Source of the DNA: Planctomycetota bacterium
Lineage (GTDB): Bacteria > Planctomycetota > UBA8108 > SXIK01
NCBI GenBank assembly: GCA_965223265.1
Contig: OZ244999.1
Span: 3,424,001 to 3,488,000 of the forward strand
Length of the DNA: 64,000 nt
Reading direction: 5' to 3'
The translations under genes and the position numbers were made by a program. Below the pieces are notes generated by a model. It was not told the origin of the DNA. It saw only the letters and a program-made list of their open reading frames with translations, and did not search any database. Of the stretch, positions 59,295 to 64,000 are shown piece after piece; positions within the stretch are counted from its first letter, which is position 1, and every line of letters starts with the position of its first letter.

Positions 59295-60475
59295 GATTGG
59301 CAAAACTCGTACGCCGTCAGCGCGTACACGAGCGCGACGCGTTCGAGTTCCGCTATGGGGACCTCCTCGTTTGTCGTGTGGGCGCCTTTCGCGGCTGGCC
59401 CATGCGTGATGGCGGGGATGCGTCCGTGTGCGACGAACGCGTTGCCATCGTCGACGAACGGTTTCGCACCGGTTGGCAGTCGCTGGCCACTCGAAAGCTC
59501 CATGGCGTTTTGGAAGGCGCTGACGATCAATTCGCTTGGTGAGATCGCAAACGCGTCCCGTGTACAACTGAACTCCACCTCTACCGTCGTTCCCGTCATG
59601 TCGGCAACAGCTGCCGCCAACGACGTGATCTGCGCTTCGGCTGCGTCGATGTCTGAGCCTGGAACCCAACGACGCGTTCCCTCGATGAGAAACTCTGACG
59701 GCGCCTGATTGTAGATTTCGCCGCCAAGTGCTTTGCCGACAAAGACACTCGAGCGACCGGCGACAGGATGACGCTGGGTGGCAACTTCCTGGTCGAGCTC
59801 GGCCAAACGACGGACGATTTCCGCGCCGGCATAGATAACGCTGGGGGCGTCGATGCCACCGAGCACTTCGTGGACAGGGTCGCCGTCACGGCGCACGACA
59901 ATCTTGAACGTCGCGAGTCCGCGCCCGGCGACCGGTACCCGGTCACACAGATACTCGGGTAGCATGACGGCATCGCCGAGATAACCTGCATCCATCAGTT
60001 TTGTGACTTGAGTTCCATCGCCCCAAGGCGACTCGTGAAGGTCATGGGCTGTCAAGAGGATCGCTCCGCGCTTCAGGAGTCCGGAGTCTCGAAGCGCGCG
60101 TGTCGCCTCGACGGCAGCCGCAAAACCGCCTTTCATGTCCGACGCGCCGCTGCCATACAGCTTTCCATCTTCGACGCGAGGCGCAACGAACGGCAGGTGG
60201 ACGGTGTCGATGTGACCGTTGAACTGAAGCGTTCTACCGTCCTCTCCGGGCTGCCAGCGACAGGCGACGGCGGGTGACGCAGGATAACCTGCCTCGGGTC
60301 GGTCGACCTCGAAATCATCGTCCGCAAGAAGCTCCTCCAGTCGAGCGGCGACTTCTCCTGCACTCTTCGTCGGGCTAGGAACGCCTACAAGTTTCACCGC
60401 TGTGTCGATCAACCGCTCGGTGTTGACGGCGCTGCGAAGCTGCTCGCGCACTTCTTGGGTGGCACGTTTCGTCAT
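59291..60475 (-). CDS. M20/ArgE/DapE family metallopeptidase or deacylase
   Basis: NGHIDTV, YGSGASDMKGG, GAHTTNE. Confidence 0.88.
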   Translation of the reverse strand: MTKRATQEVREQLRSAVNTERLIDTAVKLVGVPSPTKSAGEVAARLEELLADDDFEVDRPEAGYPASPAVACRWQPGEDGRTLQFNGHIDTVHLPFVAPRVEDGKLYGSGASDMKGGFAAAVEATRALRDSGLLKRGAILLTAHDLHESPWGDGTQVTKLMDAGYLGDAVMLPEYLCDRVPVAGRGLATFKIVVRRDGDPVHEVLGGIDAPSVIYAGAEIVRRLAELDQEVATQRHPVAGRSSVFVGKALGGEIYNQAPSEFLIEGTRRWVPGSDIDAAEAQITSLAAAVADMTGTTVEVEFSCTRDAFAISPSELIVSAFQNAMELSSGQRLPTGAKPFVDDGNAFVAHGRIPAITHGPAAKGAHTTNEEVPIAELERVALVYALTAYEFCQS

Positions 60476-60605
60476 GTCTGTAGGTTCCTCTTGCGGTGGG
60501 ACGTTGTGGAAAGCCGGAAGCGTTGTTCTAATACCTGGCGTAGCTGTTTGTCTACACTTGCTGATACTTCAAGTTCGCCTTTTGAGCCTTTTGAAGGAAG
60601 AGTCT

Positions 60606-61373
60606 ATGAAGCTTCACGAGTCCACTTGGCCAGAGGTCGCCCGTCTTGATCGCGACAGGACCCTCGTGATCGCACCGGTAGCAGCCTGCGAGCAACACAG
60701 TCGCCATCTACCGACGTTTACGGACACGATTCTTTGCGGCGGCATCGCAGAGCTGGTCGAACAACGCCTGTCAGATCGAGTACTGCTTCTGCCGGTGCAG
60801 TGGCTAGGCGCCAGCGATCATCACTTCGCCTTCGGGGCGACTCTCAGCCTACCGGTCGACTTTCACATGCGCATGCAGGTCGAGATTCTCAAGCCGCTAC
60901 TAGATGATGGCTTCAAGCGCTGCATGATCCTCAATGGCCATGGTGGCAATATCGACACGCTCCACATGGCCTTGAGGCTTCTCCGGGTCGATTATCCAGC
61001 GTGCCAGTTGACCGGTGCCAGCTACTGGGAGATTGCGAGCCGGGAACTCGCGGCGCTAGCGACGGCCGAGCGCAAGGAGATGGGACACGCGTGTGAGTTC
61101 GAGACGTCGATGGTCATGCATTTTCGTCCGGAACTGGTGAAGCGCGAGGAGATCAAGAATGATCACCCTGCGTCGCCGGACGTTCTGCGCGGTCTCTTCA
61201 AACCGCTCGACATGGGTCAAAGGACACAGCAGGGTTGCGTTGGCTATCCGGAGGCTGCATCACCTGAGCTCGGCAAGAAGTTCGTCGACGCAGTCGTCGA
61301 TCGTGTCGTCGAGGTGGTTGAGCATCTAGTGGAGGAGCCACTTGTTCCCAAACGCGAGCGCGTGCAGCCGTAG
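60606..61373 (+). CDS. Creatininase family amidohydrolase
   Basis: EQHSRHLP..TD, GASDHH, NGHGGN, GHACEFETS. Confidence 0.92.
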   Translation: MKLHESTWPEVARLDRDRTLVIAPVAACEQHSRHLPTFTDTILCGGIAELVEQRLSDRVLLLPVQWLGASDHHFAFGATLSLPVDFHMRMQVEILKPLLDDGFKRCMILNGHGGNIDTLHMALRLLRVDYPACQLTGASYWEIASRELAALATAERKEMGHACEFETSMVMHFRPELVKREEIKNDHPASPDVLRGLFKPLDMGQRTQQGCVGYPEAASPELGKKFVDAVVDRVVEVVEHLVEEPLVPKRERVQP

Positions 61374-61394
61374 AGATCAGGTGCCACCCGGACT

Positions 61395-62819
61395 GTGACA
61401 ACTTCGGAGACGATCATGCCCCAGCGCCTGCAAAGAGCTTTGCCGACTTCAGAAGCAACTCCACTTGGCCGCCGGCAATTCCTTTCAAGCGTTGGGGCGG
61501 CGGCGCTGGCATCGACCTATTTCACGCGACACCGAAACACGGCGCTGGCCGCAGCTCGCACTGCTGAGAGCGTCCACGGAAAGCTCCGAGTCACAGACGT
61601 CGAAGTGCACGAGATCCATCCCGAATACGTCGACTGGATCCATTACCAGCTGCAGCACTACTACGGCCCGTCGAAGCGGTACGTTTACGTCGTCAAGACG
61701 AACAAGGGCATCACCGGCCTTGGGGAGAGCGGTGGGCGCGAGAGCGACGGGACGATCGAGGGTTACATCGGCACAAATCCGTTCGACTGGATCGGCGACG
61801 AGACGTCTCTCGGACTCGGCACGGCGATGTACGACCTCATGGGCAAGGCGGCCGGTGTTCCGGTCTACAAGCTCTTCGGCCAGAAGTACCGCTCGTGGAT
61901 TCCCGTTGGCTGCTGGACGGTATCGACAGCGCCGAAACGTATGGCGGAGACCGTACGCAACTATGCTGCGATGGGTTATACGTGGATGAAGTTCCACCTC
62001 TCCCCCTTCGAGAACATCCTCGATCAGAACGCGGCCATGCAAGCCGTGGCGCCGAAGGGTTTCCGGGTCCTCTACGATGTCACCGGTCACGGCACGGTCG
62101 ATCACATGCTTGAGCTGATCGAGAAAATCACGGCCTTCCCGATTGCCGGTGCCTTCGAAGATCCGCTGACCTCCCGTGATCTCGAAGGATACATCGAACT
62201 ACGCAAGCGTTGCCCAGTGCCGGTCATCCTGCACCACAGCCCGCTTGGACACACAATCGACGTTCTTAGGCGCGCGGCAGACGGCTACATCGTCGGGCAT
62301 GCCCGAATCGGCGTCGCGATGCGGCGCGCTGGCCTGTTCGCTGCCGCCAACGTCCCGTTCATGCTACAGAACGTCGGCGGGCACATCACACGCTCCATGA
62401 CGACCCACATGCACGCAGCCTTCAAGACAGCGACGTGGCCGTTTCACAGCGACGCCGAGACGTGGGCATCGGACGTCGTCAATGAGCGCCTCGAACCAGT
62501 CAATGGTCTCCTGCGCGTGCCGGAGAAGCCAGGCCTCGGCGTCACCCTTGACCGTGCTGAGCTGGAACGACTCAAGAAGCAGAAACTGCCGCAGCAAGAG
62601 AAATGGATTATCAAGACCAGATTCGACAACGGCGTCGCGATGTACAACATTGCCGACCCGAAGCAGTCGATCTTCATGGTGCGCCCGAACGTCCGGCGTC
62701 AGATTCCGCTCAGCTACGACGCCCCTCTGCAGACGGAGTATTGGGATAACGACGGCTCGCCGGAGTACAAGGCGATGTTCGCTCGTCTCGAGCGCGAGGG
62801 CGTCGTGCTCGAGCGGTAA
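61395..62819 (+). CDS. Mandelate racemase/muconate lactonizing enzyme family protein with Tat signal
   Basis: GRRQFL; TNKGITGLGE, DLMGKAAGVPVYKLFG, FEDP, PEKPGLGV; start may be 61416. Confidence 0.82.
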   Translation: MTTSETIMPQRLQRALPTSEATPLGRRQFLSSVGAAALASTYFTRHRNTALAAARTAESVHGKLRVTDVEVHEIHPEYVDWIHYQLQHYYGPSKRYVYVVKTNKGITGLGESGGRESDGTIEGYIGTNPFDWIGDETSLGLGTAMYDLMGKAAGVPVYKLFGQKYRSWIPVGCWTVSTAPKRMAETVRNYAAMGYTWMKFHLSPFENILDQNAAMQAVAPKGFRVLYDVTGHGTVDHMLELIEKITAFPIAGAFEDPLTSRDLEGYIELRKRCPVPVILHHSPLGHTIDVLRRAADGYIVGHARIGVAMRRAGLFAAANVPFMLQNVGGHITRSMTTHMHAAFKTATWPFHSDAETWASDVVNERLEPVNGLLRVPEKPGLGVTLDRAELERLKKQKLPQQEKWIIKTRFDNGVAMYNIADPKQSIFMVRPNVRRQIPLSYDAPLQTEYWDNDGSPEYKAMFARLEREGVVLER

Positions 62820-63111
62820 GTAGGCAAACAGTCGAAGGGCATGCGCGGAAGTCCGAATCGACTCGGCGAGGCGCAGTGGGGCAGTGGTTCGTGACGGATT
62901 TGTGTCCATCATCTACGCAGCGGACGTGTCTCTGCTTCTGTTTCGAGCCGTTCCGGGCCGGGCTGTTAGAACGGCGGGACGCAGAACTCGCGGCGGCACG
63001 CTGTTCGGAGTAAGATCGTCAGCGAAAGCTGCGTGAACCCGCCAACCGGCGGTTGCTTCGAGTCCGAACGCCCAGAAATCGTGGATTCCGGCACGGCGAA
63101 AGGAAAGTGCG

Positions 63112-63720
63112 ATGTCCAAGCTAACGGCGATGGTCGCATTGATCGGCGTAGGCGTTATTGCCGGGTTGTTTCTGAAGACGTGGTCGACGACATCGCAGGG
63201 GGAATTTGCAGGAGTCGCTCCCGGAAGAGTCATAGATTCGACCGGGGTCCCGAACGGAAAGTACCGAGCGGTTGCTGTAGACGACGGTTGAAACTTCGAT
63301 TGCTATCTGGTCGAGGTGGCAACGCAGAGAGTCAGCTTCTCGTTTTCAGGTCCAATCAAGAGTGAGTATTACGCAGCCATCTCTCCACGCGAGACCTATC
63401 TGGCCTCTTCCAAGATCTTCTCAAGACAGATCTCGCTGTGGTCTATCGACACGGGCGAAGTCGTCAAGGAGTTGAAAGGCCACGAATCCGCTACGATCGC
63501 CGTTGCCTTCTCGAAAGACGAAAAAACACTGGCATCAGTGGGCAAGGATCGAACGCTCAAGGTGTGGGATCTGGAGACGCAGAGCCTTGTCGTCAAGCAT
63601 GAACTTCCGCCCAAGAAGTACCGATCACTGCGCTTCCACGATGACGGATTCGTTGTCGTCGAGTTCGACAGCGGGGTCCCTCGTTCGTACGCTCCACTTA
63701 TCGGGGATGTCGCCGAGTGA
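63112..63720 (+). pseudogene. Membrane-anchored WD40 protein gene with one in-frame TGA (63289-63291); pseudogene or recoded
   Basis: AAGGAAAG RBS, then MSKLTAMVALIGVGVIAGLFLK...PNGKYRAVAVDDG*NFDCYLVEVATQRV, in frame with the 63316-63720 ORF (LKGHES..VAFS..LASVGKDRTLKVWDL). Confidence 0.7.
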
Positions 63721-63818
63721 CGATTGGCTTGGCTACGCGGTCGGCTGCCGCCGGTTAGCAATCGATCAACGCACAACTTTCGGCTGTGCTCGGCTCTATC
63801 TCGCTCGTCCACGGCTCC

Positions 63819-63998
63819 TCAGCAACCCGTGGACTGGACGCACTCCAAGTCGTCTAGCGTTGGATCGATTCCACAGGCGTCGAAGGGAGGGTTGAGCTCG
63901 ACGACGTCCGTAAAGAAGAGAAAGAGCAACAGGAAGACGCCATCGGAGATGTCAACAATGCCGTCGTCGTTGACGTCGGCGGTCTTCATGCAGGCTGG
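63819..63998 (-). CDS. 3' end of a gene with a C-terminal dockerin-like domain (starts beyond window)
   Basis: Manual translation PACMKTADVNDDGIVDISDGVFLLLFLF..PPFDACGIDPTLDDLEC..GC*, similar to the C-terminus of the 3779-7720 protein. Confidence 0.8.
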   Translation of the reverse strand, partial: PACMKTADVNDDGIVDISDGVFLLLFLFFTDVVELNPPFDACGIDPTLDDLECVQSTGC

Positions 63999-64000
63999 AA

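Noticed and set aside
62960-62969. GGGCTGTTAG resembling a MITE-A end
   Set aside because: No upstream TTTTTCAA tract and no matching opposite end.
1-64000. tRNA/rRNA genes, including selC
   Set aside because: No cloverleaf with a T-loop GTTCRA and CCA context, and no rRNA signature, was seen by eye; a tRNAscan run would be needed to exclude them.

Overview
GC-rich bacterial DNA, very probably Planctomycetota (DUF1501 with DUF1549/1553, ECF sigma/Ser-Thr kinase pair, dockerin-like C-termini, DUF1080, GSDH-cytochrome c fusion). Most of the window is accessory catabolic and envelope genes: a Tat-signal UxuA-like dehydratase, LTD/CotH protein, orphan iorA, EboD-like cyclase, SDR, DASS transporter, MBL hydrolases, ugd, fused selD, a PaoABC-type periplasmic Mo-hydroxylase with XdhC and Cys-rich accessory genes, tandem FAH, M20 peptidase, creatininase and an enolase-superfamily enzyme. 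The strongest unexplained signal is an apparent three-tier nesting of mobile elements. (1) A ~165-185 bp palindromic IS5-type MITE occurs four times. (2) An IS701-family IS and a 253-bp MITE with the same terminal repeat each sit at the same end of that MITE, with 5-bp target duplications. (3) A group II intron begins 12 bp inside a third copy of the IS701-type terminal repeat. Other candidates are a promoter-to-terminator structured sRNA (~3550-3719), an in-frame TGA with a SECIS-like hairpin in a WD40 gene, and a histidine kinase lacking its H-box His. All family calls come from motif recognition by eye; no searches were run.
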